A stretch of DNA of 64,000 nt. It comes from Ignavibacteria bacterium UBA2360 (GTDB taxonomy: Bacteria; Bacteroidota; Ignavibacteria; Tepidaquicellales; OLB5). Position 1 is the stretch's first letter; each line of letters starts with the position of its first letter. Shown here one piece after another: positions 1 through 9,043 of the stretch. The stretch covers positions 275,581-339,580 of the forward strand of contig DDTQ01000006.1 in assembly GCA_002344125.1 (NCBI GenBank), written 5' to 3'. Both the position numbers and the translations under genes were made by a program. Below the pieces are notes generated by a model. It was not told where the DNA came from and did not search any database. It saw nothing but the letters and a program-made list of their open reading frames with translations.

Positions 1-1073
1 ATTATCCTGTGTTTATGCGAGAGGTTTGTGAGCAGGGTAGGTTCCATAAAGAATCCCTTATTGCCCTTTGGTGCTTTTCCTCCGGTAACAAGCTTCGCGC
101 CCTTTTTAACTGCTTCTTTTACCTGTGAAAGTACATTGGCTCTTTGTCTTTCACTCACAAGCGGGCCCATGTGAACGCTTTCATCATAACCGCTGCCGTA
201 CTTGAAGTTCTTGACTCCGTTTGCAACGAGTGTTGTGAATTTATCCGCGGCTTTTTCCTGGACATATATTCTTTCAACTGAAACACAAACCTGCCCCGTG
301 TTGCGCAATGAGCCGTTTACGGCGAAGTTAGCGGCTTTTTCAAGATCAGCGTCGTTAAGCACTATCATGGGATCCTTGCCGCCAAGTTCCAACACAATGC
401 GTTTAAGTTTATCGCCCGCAGCTTTCATAATTATTTTACCTACGGCTTGTGAACCAACAAAGGCTATCATATCAATATTGCTGTGTATGAGATAATTACC
501 AACTTCATCTGCGCCCTGAACAAGGTTAATAACTCCCTTAGGTAAATGTTTATTGAAAATATCAAAGATCGCTTTACCCGTCAGCGGTACCATTTCAGAT
601 GGTTTGAATACAACGGTATTACCGGCTATCAGAGCAGGGGAGAGCAATGATTCAGGCATACTTACCGGGAAGTTCCACGGTGTAATTATTGCACAAACAC
701 CCAATGGAGTGCGGTGCAGTTCCGTCCGCAGGTTTTCTTCCTGCAGGTTTTCAACGGCAAGCGCGGTTTTAGCCTGTTCGATGGTTTCCCTGATGCCGTA
801 AGCAACAGCGTGGGTTTCACCCACGGCAGATTTATAAAGCTTGCCCATTTCATCGGTAATTATTCTGCCGATCTTTTCTTTCTGCTTAACAAAATCCTTA
901 GCGCAGGCTTCAAGCATTTTGCTCCGCTGTGCCAGCGAAAGAGCCGCCCATTTTTTCTGCGCCGCTCTTGCGTTTGCTACTGCCTTATCAATTTCTTTTT
1001 CAGTGGAACATTTTACCTTTTTGATAAGCTTCCCGGTTGCAGGATTGATGTTGTTGATGTATTTTAATTTCAT
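1..1073 (-). CDS. NAD(P)-dependent aldehyde dehydrogenase (runs off the left edge, 3' truncated)
   Basis: Manual translation from ATG at 1073 (MKLKYINNINPATGKLI...) shows ITPWNFP, VFKPSE, FVGSQAVG, LELGGKDP and catalytic GQVCVS motifs. Absent from the ORF track because it has no stop in the window. Confidence 0.93.
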   Translation of the reverse strand, partial: MKLKYINNINPATGKLIKKVKCSTEKEIDKAVANARAAQKKWAALSLAQRSKMLEACAKDFVKQKEKIGRIITDEMGKLYKSAVGETHAVAYGIRETIEQAKTALAVENLQEENLRTELHRTPLGVCAIITPWNFPVSMPESLLSPALIAGNTVVFKPSEMVPLTGKAIFDIFNKHLPKGVINLVQGADEVGNYLIHSNIDMIAFVGSQAVGKIIMKAAGDKLKRIVLELGGKDPMIVLNDADLEKAANFAVNGSLRNTGQVCVSVERIYVQEKAADKFTTLVANGVKNFKYGSGYDESVHMGPLVSERQRANVLSQVKEAVKKGAKLVTGGKAPKGNKGFFMEPTLLTNLSHKHRI

Positions 1074-1082
1074 TTTTATCCT

Positions 1083-1102
1083 ATTCCCGCGGAGGCGGGA
1101 AT
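1083..1102. repeat. REP-like hairpin ATTCCCGC-GGAG-GCGGGAAT
   Basis: Perfect 8-bp inverted repeat; related copies at 8512-8538 and 8872-8895. Confidence 0.75.
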
Positions 1103-1182
1103 CTCTATTATTAATTTATAATATTTTCTTATTTTAAAGCTGCAATTCTGTATATAAATATGAACTTCATTAAAACTGCAAA

Positions 1183-1226
1183 GCCCTTCGACTCCCACGC
1201 CGTAGGCGGGCACTGCGCTCATTGAC
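1183..1226. repeat. REP-like CCCTTCGACT..GCTCA element interrupted by a ~21-bp second hairpin
   Basis: gcccttcgact[cccacgccgtaggcgggcact]gcgctca, compared with uninterrupted copies at 14296-14320 and 51045-51069. Confidence 0.6.
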
Positions 1227-1300
1227 TCAGCATGTTCAATAAGGCAGGCAGGGCGATGAGAAATCTACTTATTGAGTTCTAAATTAGTGTTTCTAAAAAC

Positions 1301-3004
1301 TCATTTCTCTACTGAACTTTCCTTCTCTGCTGTAATTTCTTCTGTTGGCAGACCCAATATCTCTCTTGCGCGGTTCAGGCCGTCATCAATGTTCCCGCGG
1401 ATGTTAGTTTCGCCTATTTTATCAAGCAGCCCGGCGCGCTCACAGGCAAACATCGGCTGCGCGTGCAGCCCGGAAAGTATCAGAACCGTATTGCGTTTCT
1501 TACAATCATAATAAAAATCTTCCAGTGTTGCAATGCCAGTTGAATCAATTGCCGGTACTTTCCGGAGTCTTAAAATCAGCACTTTTGTGGTTTTACCAAC
1601 AAACCTGATGGCATCTTTGAATTTACTTGCGGCCCCAAAGAAGAAAGGTCCGTCAATTTCAAAAATAAGCACTCCTTTAGGAATATTTTTACCCTGGATG
1701 GAATTAGCGCCGGTTTCTTCGGGTTCAACCCGGTCATCAAGTTCACGGCTAATCACGCCCACATTCGTGACAGCCGCCATGCGGCGCATAAAAAGCATAG
1801 CGGAAAGCACTATACCAACTTCTATGGCTACGGTAAGATCAAATATAACCGTCAGCAGGAAAGTTGTAACTAGCACGGCAACATCGCTCCTCGGCATTTT
1901 AAGCTGAGCTTTGAATTCACGCCATTCACTCATATTATAAGCTACAACCATCAGTATCGATGCAAGCACGCACATTGGTATCATGCCCGCATACTGCCCG
2001 AAAAAGAGCAAAATAAGCAGCAAAACCACTGAATGTGTTATTCCTGCAACGGGTGTTTTACCGCCGTTGCGTATGTTGGTTACTGTTCTTGCAATTGCGC
2101 CTGTTGCCGGAATACCGCCAAAAAAGGGCGCTACAATATTCGCGGCGCCATTGGCAATAAGCTCCATGTTAGACCTGTGTTTACCGCCAATCATACCATC
2201 GGCAACCACAGCGGAAAGGAGTGATTCCACCGCTCCAAGCATTGCAATAGTGAAAGCCGGACCCGCTAAATTATATATTATATCAAATGATATCTCCGGC
2301 ATTCTGACTGAAGGAATTGAGCTGGTCAATTGCCCAAACCTGGTGGATATGGTATCAACTTCAAGCCCGAAAACATATACCACTACAGTGCCAAGTATGA
2401 GGGCAATAAATGTAGAAGGAATTTTCTGCATGAACCGCCCCAAAAATATGATAGTGAAAAGAGATATAGCTGAAACTATTACTGTATCTGTATTAAAGGC
2501 AGTTATGTTGTTTATATAAACCGGAATTTTGGATAAAAATTCTGAGGGTAGATTCACTATTTTCAGCCCAAGAAGATCGTTGATTTGGGTGGTGAAAATT
2601 ATCAGGGCTATGCCTGAGGTAAAACCTGTAATTATAGGCAGGGGAATGAATTTTATAAGTGTGCCAAGTCTCATGAAACCCATAAATACCAAAATGATAC
2701 CTGCCATAATTGTGGCTATCATTAATCCATCTATACCGTATTTCTGGATAATACCGTAAACTATAACAATAAACGCGCCTGTTGGACCCCCAATCTGTAC
2801 ACGGCTGCCGCCGAGGGCAGATATGATAAATCCTGCAATTACAGCTGTTATGAGTCCGTTATTTGGCGAAACACCTGATGCGATACCGAAAGCGATTGCC
2901 AGCGGCAAGGCTACTATACCAACTATTACTCCTGAAGTGACATCGCTGTAGAAAAGGTTTTTGTTGTAGGTTTTTAGCGTGGTGAAGAGTTTTGGAACTA
3001 ACAT
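1301..3004 (-). CDS. SulP/SLC26-family anion permease with C-terminal STAS domain
   Basis: DxxSGxxVGIVALPLAIAFG and GGSRVQIGGPTG motifs, many TM segments, STAS-like tail (IDGPFFFGAA...VPAIDSTG). Confidence 0.93.
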   Translation of the reverse strand: MLVPKLFTTLKTYNKNLFYSDVTSGVIVGIVALPLAIAFGIASGVSPNNGLITAVIAGFIISALGGSRVQIGGPTGAFIVIVYGIIQKYGIDGLMIATIMAGIILVFMGFMRLGTLIKFIPLPIITGFTSGIALIIFTTQINDLLGLKIVNLPSEFLSKIPVYINNITAFNTDTVIVSAISLFTIIFLGRFMQKIPSTFIALILGTVVVYVFGLEVDTISTRFGQLTSSIPSVRMPEISFDIIYNLAGPAFTIAMLGAVESLLSAVVADGMIGGKHRSNMELIANGAANIVAPFFGGIPATGAIARTVTNIRNGGKTPVAGITHSVVLLLILLFFGQYAGMIPMCVLASILMVVAYNMSEWREFKAQLKMPRSDVAVLVTTFLLTVIFDLTVAIEVGIVLSAMLFMRRMAAVTNVGVISRELDDRVEPEETGANSIQGKNIPKGVLIFEIDGPFFFGAASKFKDAIRFVGKTTKVLILRLRKVPAIDSTGIATLEDFYYDCKKRNTVLILSGLHAQPMFACERAGLLDKIGETNIRGNIDDGLNRAREILGLPTEEITAEKESSVEK

Positions 3005-3014
3005 TATCTTTATA

Positions 3015-4136
3015 TTATCTGGCTGCGCAGCGGTTCGGACCTATTTCAAGATCCTCTGCATAATCCAAAGGGATCATTACGCCGGCTTTGTTAAATTTTT
3101 TAATTGTTTCGTAATTTGGTGGAGTGGTCGGGATGTTTGAAGTGATGTATTCTATGAATTCCTGTTTATCTTTAATATTGAGCGGTTTTGAAGCTGCTTT
3201 CAGCTCATTTAAAGACATAACAACAGGTCTTATTTCTGTTTTTGTGAAGTGCGAAGGGAATATTTTGGTTTCACCGTTAAGCTTGCCCAACACAGCCTGC
3301 AGTGTATCAAACAAAATAGCCGCGCCTTTTGTGGTTTCTTCCTTTGTGCGCGCAAGGTCGGGTCTGCCGGGTGATTCCAGAAGCAGCAGGTCACCGCACA
3401 AAAGTGCTTCTTTGTTTACAAGCAGCGAAACGCTGCCATCGGTGTGACCGGGTGTACTGATAACCTCCAGAATTGTACTGCCAACTTTGAATTCCGGTAT
3501 ATCTTTCAATGACTTAAACCGGAACACCTTATCTACTTCTATTTCATTCACATAGTAATCCATGTTTAACTTGGCGGCAAGCTCCATTCCCCCTGAAAAA
3601 TGATCAGCGTGCGCATGGGTATCAATTATATATTTAAGCTTCAGTCCGTTGGCGCGGATATAATCTTCGTATTCATCCATGAAGATTGCAGGTTCTACCA
3701 ATGCGCTTTCCCGGGTACCTTTATCGATCACGAGGTATGAAAGGCATCCTTTACCTATTCTGACAAATTGTATAACCGTAAACCCGGGGAAATCGATCTT
3801 ATAAATATCAAAATTTTCATTCCAGCCTTTCATGCCTTTTTCAAGGCTGACTGAATTGTAGCCCATATCCCGCAGTATTGATGCAGCCACCTGGGAATTG
3901 AGTCCTTTTGCGCAAATTGTAATTATGAGTTTATCCTTTGGGAGGGTGGAGAGCTTTTCTTTGATACCGAGGTAGTTTCCTTCTGAAATAAGGCTGTTAA
4001 CCGGGATGTTCAGGCTGCCTTTGATGTGCCAGTCTGTATATTCCTCCTCTGCGCGGATATCAAGTAAAATGTGGCCATTCGTTTGGGAGTTTATATGATC
4101 TTTAACATCTCGCGGTGAAATTAACAGGTTATCCAT
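3015..4136 (-). CDS. Rhodanese-MBL fusion (persulfide dioxygenase/sulfurtransferase-like)
   Basis: N-terminal rhodanese (LLDIR..EEY..WHIKGS; loop CAKGLNS), MBL motifs THAHADH, TPGHT and CGD, C-terminal GPNRCA. Confidence 0.85.
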   Translation of the reverse strand: MDNLLISPRDVKDHINSQTNGHILLDIRAEEEYTDWHIKGSLNIPVNSLISEGNYLGIKEKLSTLPKDKLIITICAKGLNSQVAASILRDMGYNSVSLEKGMKGWNENFDIYKIDFPGFTVIQFVRIGKGCLSYLVIDKGTRESALVEPAIFMDEYEDYIRANGLKLKYIIDTHAHADHFSGGMELAAKLNMDYYVNEIEVDKVFRFKSLKDIPEFKVGSTILEVISTPGHTDGSVSLLVNKEALLCGDLLLLESPGRPDLARTKEETTKGAAILFDTLQAVLGKLNGETKIFPSHFTKTEIRPVVMSLNELKAASKPLNIKDKQEFIEYITSNIPTTPPNYETIKKFNKAGVMIPLDYAEDLEIGPNRCAAR

Positions 4137-4200
4137 ATAAATATACTAATACGGTTTCGTTTCAAATACTATCTTACAAAATTACGGGATAATTTCCGAA

Positions 4201-4223
4201 AATAAAATACATTAAATGTTACA
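4201..4223 (+). repeat. Short copy R1 of the intergenic direct repeat
   Basis: ATAAAATACATTAAATGTTACA matches the 6183 copy at 21/22 positions. Confidence 0.65.
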
Positions 4224-4300
4224 GTAAGCAAGCTAAGTATAAATGGGCGATAAGTCGTTTTTAAAGGTTTTATTGAGTTATAATTCCTGTGTTTATATAT

Positions 4301-4308
4301 TATATTTG
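4301..4308 (+). promoter_or_regulatory. Putative Bacteroidota-type -7 element TATATTTG
   Basis: Matches TAnnTTTG, 20 nt before the ATG at 4329; an AAGGAGG SD-like motif follows. Confidence 0.55.
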
Positions 4309-4328
4309 TAATACCTAAGGAGGTTAAT

Positions 4329-5240
4329 ATGAAGAAAATAATAATTGCTCTGCTGTTTGTTTTAATCTTCGGGAATATTATTCATTCGTTTTCACTTACA
4401 TTAGATTCAAACGTTTTCAGGTATTATCCGCTTAAAGTCGGAAACAGGTGGACCTGGCAGGGTTTTGCTTACCCAATTATGCCTCCGCTTAATATAAGCC
4501 AGAAAATAATTTCTACCAGGATAATCAATAATCATCTTTATTACTTTTCCAGGCTTGATCACTTTCATAATAATGGCTTTATACAAAATACAAATTATAC
4601 ATACAGCAGAATTGACTCGTTAACAGGTAATCTGTATAATTATGACACGGTTAGTCACACAGATTGTTTAATGGATAGCCTGAATATCAGAAAAAACGAT
4701 TCAGCTTATACTTGCGGAGGGAGATGGTACAAATGTGAAGATACTGCTAATTACAGTATTTTCTCCCAGAGTATTAAAAGCAAACTGGTTTACTGGACAG
4801 ATTATTTTGAAGGCGGTGAGCGACACAGACTGGTATTGGGGATAGGAAAGGTTCGGAGCGATCAATACGGGGCACAATTCTCAATGGGGCATACACTGAA
4901 AGGATGTTTAATTGATGGCATTTTATACGGCGATACAAGCTTAGTCGGTATCAACCAGTTATCATCTGAAATTCCCGAACAATTTTCACTTTCACAAAAC
5001 TATCCCAACCCGTTTAATCCGGTAACTAACATTCAGTTTACTTTGCCAAGATCAGCATTTGTTAAGATTACAATTTACGACGCCCTGGGCAAGGAAGCTG
5101 AGACGCTGGTAAAGGAAGAATTATACGCAGGGTCTTATGAAACGCAATGGAACGCATCAGACTATCCGAGCGGTGTTTATTATTACAGCATTACAGCAGG
5201 GGAATACACAGAAACAAAAAAGATGGTGCTGATAAAATAA
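4329..5240 (+). CDS. Secreted protein with T9SS type A C-terminal sorting domain
   Basis: Signal peptide; C-terminal LSQNYPNPFNP...YPSGVYYY...KKMVLIK. Confidence 0.88.
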   Translation: MKKIIIALLFVLIFGNIIHSFSLTLDSNVFRYYPLKVGNRWTWQGFAYPIMPPLNISQKIISTRIINNHLYYFSRLDHFHNNGFIQNTNYTYSRIDSLTGNLYNYDTVSHTDCLMDSLNIRKNDSAYTCGGRWYKCEDTANYSIFSQSIKSKLVYWTDYFEGGERHRLVLGIGKVRSDQYGAQFSMGHTLKGCLIDGILYGDTSLVGINQLSSEIPEQFSLSQNYPNPFNPVTNIQFTLPRSAFVKITIYDALGKEAETLVKEELYAGSYETQWNASDYPSGVYYYSITAGEYTETKKMVLIK

Positions 5241-5262
5241 GTTTTAGCTTTAATGATTTTAT

Positions 5263-5292
5263 AAGCCGGTATATTTTTATGCCGGCTTTTTT
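5263..5292 (+). terminator. Rho-independent terminator
   Basis: AAGCCGG...CCGGCTT stem followed by a T-tract, 22 nt after the stop at 5240. Confidence 0.8.
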
Positions 5293-5310
5293 AATTTTTA
5301 CAATTTTGTT

Positions 5311-5360
5311 AATATAAAATACATTTAAAGTTAAGGTAAGTTATGTTATTTTGGATAGTA
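5311..5360 (+). repeat. Direct repeat copy R2
   Basis: aatataaaatacatttaa.gtta......gttatgttatttt.gatagta is shared with 6183-6232 (about 43/50 by hand count); weaker similarity extends a further ~25 nt. Confidence 0.85.
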
Positions 5361-5396
5361 CTGATTAATTAAAATGATTAATAAAAAAATTTACTT

Positions 5397-6035
5397 ATGC
5401 TTACATGGATTGCAGAAAATGTTGGTGGTCCCGCAATTGTTATTTTTATAGGAGCTGTTATTGCAGCCTTAGGTGCATTTTGGGCTACACAGCAACAAAG
5501 CAAGTTTGAAAAAGAACTTCGCGAAAAAAGTGATAAAATTGCTGAACTTAGTGCTGAAAATTCAATGTTTGTTACTGGGGGAAATAGTTTTTGTTATGTT
5601 ATTTTCACAAAACCTGACTTACAATCTAATTCATCTTTGATTATGCTTATGACAGATGGAAAATATCCATTATATGATGTTAACGTTAGAATTGTTGATC
5701 TTGCCAAATTTAACAAACTTGTAAAAGACCTTCCTAAACCGACAATTGAAGATATCACAAAAAGTGATTATGTATTTAATGTTGGAAATATAACACCAAA
5801 TCATGCAATGCATTTGGGCAGAATTAACCTGCCAAATACGGATGAAGCAAATTTCAACATTTTTATAACGGCTCGAAATGGTTCAATGAATGAATTACTG
5901 AGAATGAAGCGTGTTGCCGGTGAATGGTTTTCCGCGATTAAAATTCACAGACTTGAAGGTTCTACTCAAATACTATTAATGGAAAAAATAGATGATAAAT
6001 TCCCAAAAAATTCAGAAGGAAAGGTTGATTGGTAG
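5397..6035 (+). CDS. Hypothetical protein with N-terminal TM helix and short coiled coil
   Basis: 212-aa ORF; hydrophobic N-terminus; visibly AT-rich; no recognised motif. Confidence 0.7.
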   Translation: MLTWIAENVGGPAIVIFIGAVIAALGAFWATQQQSKFEKELREKSDKIAELSAENSMFVTGGNSFCYVIFTKPDLQSNSSLIMLMTDGKYPLYDVNVRIVDLAKFNKLVKDLPKPTIEDITKSDYVFNVGNITPNHAMHLGRINLPNTDEANFNIFITARNGSMNELLRMKRVAGEWFSAIKIHRLEGSTQILLMEKIDDKFPKNSEGKVDW

Positions 6036-6182
6036 ATTTAACATTTAGATTTAATAATTAAAAATAAATATCGGTTATGTAGTAGTGTCTTGATTTGACT
6101 TCAACTCCTTTGCGTTAAACTCATCACAGTGAAATCCCAAATAAATTTTTACTTCGGTAAACCATTCCAATAAGTAAATTGC

Positions 6183-6232
6183 AATATAAAATACATTTAA
6201 TGTTACACTTGGTTATGTTATTTTAGATAGTA
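6183..6232 (+). repeat. Direct repeat copy R3
   Basis: Matches R2 (5311-5360) over 50 nt and R1 (4201-4223) over 22 nt. Confidence 0.85.
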
Positions 6233-6337
6233 AAGACTTCTAATTGTGATTAATAAATAGCTTAACAATTTCAAAATATTAATAACAGAGTTTCCCGCCT
6301 TCACCTTAGAAACAAGGCAGGGGGGAATGGTAAGATC

Positions 6338-7753
6338 ATGAAAATAAAATTTTGCGGGGCGGCACAAACAGTTACAGGTTCACAGCATTTGCTTGAAATA
6401 TCCGGTAAAAAAGTACTGCTTGATTGCGGACTTTACCAGGGCAAGCGCGAAGAGGCTTACAACATAAATAAACATTTCCTTTTTGACCCCAAAGAGCTTG
6501 ATCTTGTCGTGCTTTCGCACGCGCACATAGATCACTCCGGTAACCTGCCGGGGTTATGGAAAGGCGGCTTCAGGGGGGATATTTACGCAACACCCGCAAC
6601 CCGTGACCTGTGCGCAATTATGCTTCAGGATAGCGCGCATATTCAGACCCGCGATATTGAATTCGTGAACAAAAAAAAGATCAAAAACGGTGAGAAGCTC
6701 TTCAAGCCGCTCTATGGATATGAAGAAGTCAGGGGAATAATGCAGCAATTTAAATGTATGCCTTACAGGCGAAAATTTAACTTAAACGGATTTGGCGGAA
6801 ATGTACAGGTCACTTATTTTGATGCGGGTCATATATTGGGCTCCGCCCAGGTAAGGCTTGATATAAATGAGAACGGTAAAAATATTAAATTCGGTTTTAC
6901 CGGTGATATCGGCAGGCCGCATTTGCCTATACTGCGTGACCCTGAACATATGGGTGATGTGGATTTTATGATATCTGAATCAACCTACGGCGGCAGGGTG
7001 CACGATAAAGCTTCTGATATGGATGACCAGTTCGCCAAGGTGATACTTGAAGCGCTTCAGCGCGGCGGAAAAATTATTGTGCCCGCTTTCAGTGTTGGCA
7101 GAACGCAGGAGCTTGTTTATTCGCTTTCAAAACTTTTCGCAAAAGGAATAATTCCTAAATTCCCGATCTTTGTTGATAGTCCGTTAAGCACAAATGTTTC
7201 GGAAATCTTCAAGCTCCACCCGGAATGTTTTGACAGCGAAACGGCGGAGCTGATATCAAGGGGAGTCGATGTGTTCGGCTTCCAGAACTTAACATACATT
7301 AGAGATGCAGAAGATTCCAAAAAGCTGAATTATTTTAAGGGTTCATGTATGATTATCAGCGCAAGCGGAATGGCTGAATCCGGCCGCATTGTACACCACC
7401 TGCGCAATAACATAAGCAGCGAGAAGAATACAATTTTGATTGTAGGCTTCATGGCACCGCATACTCTGGGGCGGCGAATAGTTGAAGCCGAAGGAAAACA
7501 GGGAATGTTCGTTAGAATATTCGGCGAAGAACATGCAGTGAAAGCAAAGATATATGTACTGAACTCATTTTCCGCTCACGCTGATAGAGATGAGCTGAGA
7601 GAATATTTCGGTAAGTTCACAAAAGGCACGCTTGATAAAATATTTCTTGTACACGGTGACCCTGACCAGCAGGAAGCATTAAAAGGTATGCTAAATGAAA
7701 TGAATTACAAAGATATCGATATTCCCGCAAAAGGAGATGAGGTGCAGTTGTAG
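6338..7753 (+). CDS. MBL-fold beta-CASP ribonuclease
   Basis: GAAQTVTGS, LLDCG, SHAHIDHSG, AGHILGS, ESTYG, PAFSVGRTQE and FSAHAD motifs, plus HGD near the C-terminus. Confidence 0.92.
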   Translation: MKIKFCGAAQTVTGSQHLLEISGKKVLLDCGLYQGKREEAYNINKHFLFDPKELDLVVLSHAHIDHSGNLPGLWKGGFRGDIYATPATRDLCAIMLQDSAHIQTRDIEFVNKKKIKNGEKLFKPLYGYEEVRGIMQQFKCMPYRRKFNLNGFGGNVQVTYFDAGHILGSAQVRLDINENGKNIKFGFTGDIGRPHLPILRDPEHMGDVDFMISESTYGGRVHDKASDMDDQFAKVILEALQRGGKIIVPAFSVGRTQELVYSLSKLFAKGIIPKFPIFVDSPLSTNVSEIFKLHPECFDSETAELISRGVDVFGFQNLTYIRDAEDSKKLNYFKGSCMIISASGMAESGRIVHHLRNNISSEKNTILIVGFMAPHTLGRRIVEAEGKQGMFVRIFGEEHAVKAKIYVLNSFSAHADRDELREYFGKFTKGTLDKIFLVHGDPDQQEALKGMLNEMNYKDIDIPAKGDEVQL

Positions 7754-7754
7754 T

Positions 7755-8507
7755 ATGCTTAAGTTGGTTGTAATATTATCCTTTGCCATTACAGCGTCAG
7801 TTTTTGCGCAATCTCCAGATACTTTGTATCCGGTAAAAGTTTATACCGCAGATGGCTATAAATACGGCTACATAAATAATCAGGGTTACTTAAGAATTAA
7901 ACCGCAATTTGACTTTGCAAAGGATTTCAGTGAGGGGCTGGCATTTGTAAAGTCAGATAACAATTCAAACATATGGGATTGTATAAGTACATCGGGAGTA
8001 ACTCAATTCCAAACAAACGCAAAGTACGTTTATGATTTTAATAACAGACAGTCTAAGATCATAAATGAAAATGATAGTATTTTTTTCATAAATAAGTCAG
8101 GTACTCCCGAACAATTCATAACTCCCCCAATTGATTTTGATGCAAAGAAAACACTTATCCCTTTTTACGGTAATTTGAAATGGGGCTACAGGCTCGGACC
8201 CGATGTTGTGGTATTGCCTGCAATTTACGAAAGGGCAGGGGAGTTCTCCGAAGGTCTTGCTCCGGTATTTATTATGTTCAATGAATCCGACTTACCTACC
8301 GATAATTGTTACAACGCATTCATAAATGTAAAAGGTGATGTCATTATAAAAGCTGAATTAAAGTATGATGATAAGGGCTTTTTGGAATCGAGTTATTTCT
8401 ACTCCCCGGGAAAATGGCAAAACGGAGTTTGCAGGTATTATACATCAAATGATCCTTCAACCAGAGCTGAAAAGTACATCAGGAGTGACGGGAAGATCAT
8501 TTGGTGA
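7755..8507 (+). CDS. WG-repeat-containing secreted protein
   Basis: YGYINNQG..IKPQFDFAKDFSEGLA and KWGY..PAIYERAGEFSEGLA repeats; start re-called to ATG 7755. Confidence 0.8.
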   Translation: MLKLVVILSFAITASVFAQSPDTLYPVKVYTADGYKYGYINNQGYLRIKPQFDFAKDFSEGLAFVKSDNNSNIWDCISTSGVTQFQTNAKYVYDFNNRQSKIINENDSIFFINKSGTPEQFITPPIDFDAKKTLIPFYGNLKWGYRLGPDVVVLPAIYERAGEFSEGLAPVFIMFNESDLPTDNCYNAFINVKGDVIIKAELKYDDKGFLESSYFYSPGKWQNGVCRYYTSNDPSTRAEKYIRSDGKIIW

Positions 8508-8511
8508 GAAA

Positions 8512-8946
8512 GAGAATCCCCGCGAAGGCGGGGATCTCAATTTCTAATGACTCTAAGAGTCTGGATTTTTTTTGCTCTTTCACAGAAAAACATTAAGGAG
8601 TGTGCAATAATAGTCAGTCACCAAAGGCGTAAACAAAGCCATGACGCCTACGCCTTTAACCCCCCTTGACTGCTGCAGGCAGTTAGGGGTGGAATGTTTG
8701 TAGATTAACGTTTCCCCATATAACAAAGCCCCGTTGGGGCGGCATGTTAATGAATGTGCTATTAATTTTTTACATTATAGGTGATGCCGCAAGAATTTAT
8801 GTTCTCCAACCACAAATTTCGTGCAATTAGTGCAATTCGCGGTTGATGCTTTTAATATTATAAAAAAATAAGATTCCTGCTTTCGCAGGAATGACAAAGA
8901 TTTAGGGTTTAGCGAAGCATTCCTTTGAGCCTTGGAGTCTTTGTGT
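8512..8946. repeat. Intergenic mosaic of REP-like hairpins
   Basis: Inverted repeats at 8512-8538, 8623-8657, 8658-8690, ~8726-8741 (GCCCCGTTGGGGC), ~8807-8845 and 8872-8895, plus a degenerate CTTTGnGnC repeat near 8923-8946. Confidence 0.7.
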
Positions 8947-8993
8947 CCGCTTTTTGTTTTGATTTTAATAAGCTTTTGCTTTTTAAAGTTGAA

Positions 8994-9024
8994 TTGAAAT
9001 AGTTAATAAATATTGCTATTTTTG
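8994..9024 (+). promoter_or_regulatory. Putative housekeeping promoter TTG-N20-TATTTTTG
   Basis: TTG at 8994-8996, 20-nt spacer, TAnnTTTG at 9017-9024, upstream of the TTG start at 9044. Confidence 0.65.
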
Positions 9025-9043
9025 AGCGTTATAGTATAAAAAT

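Noticed and set aside
6036-6120. Integron attC site after the orphan ORF
   Set aside because: ATTTAAC and GTTAAAC match the core boxes, but the inner arms pair poorly, such 7-mers are common in AT-rich DNA, and no integrase is present.
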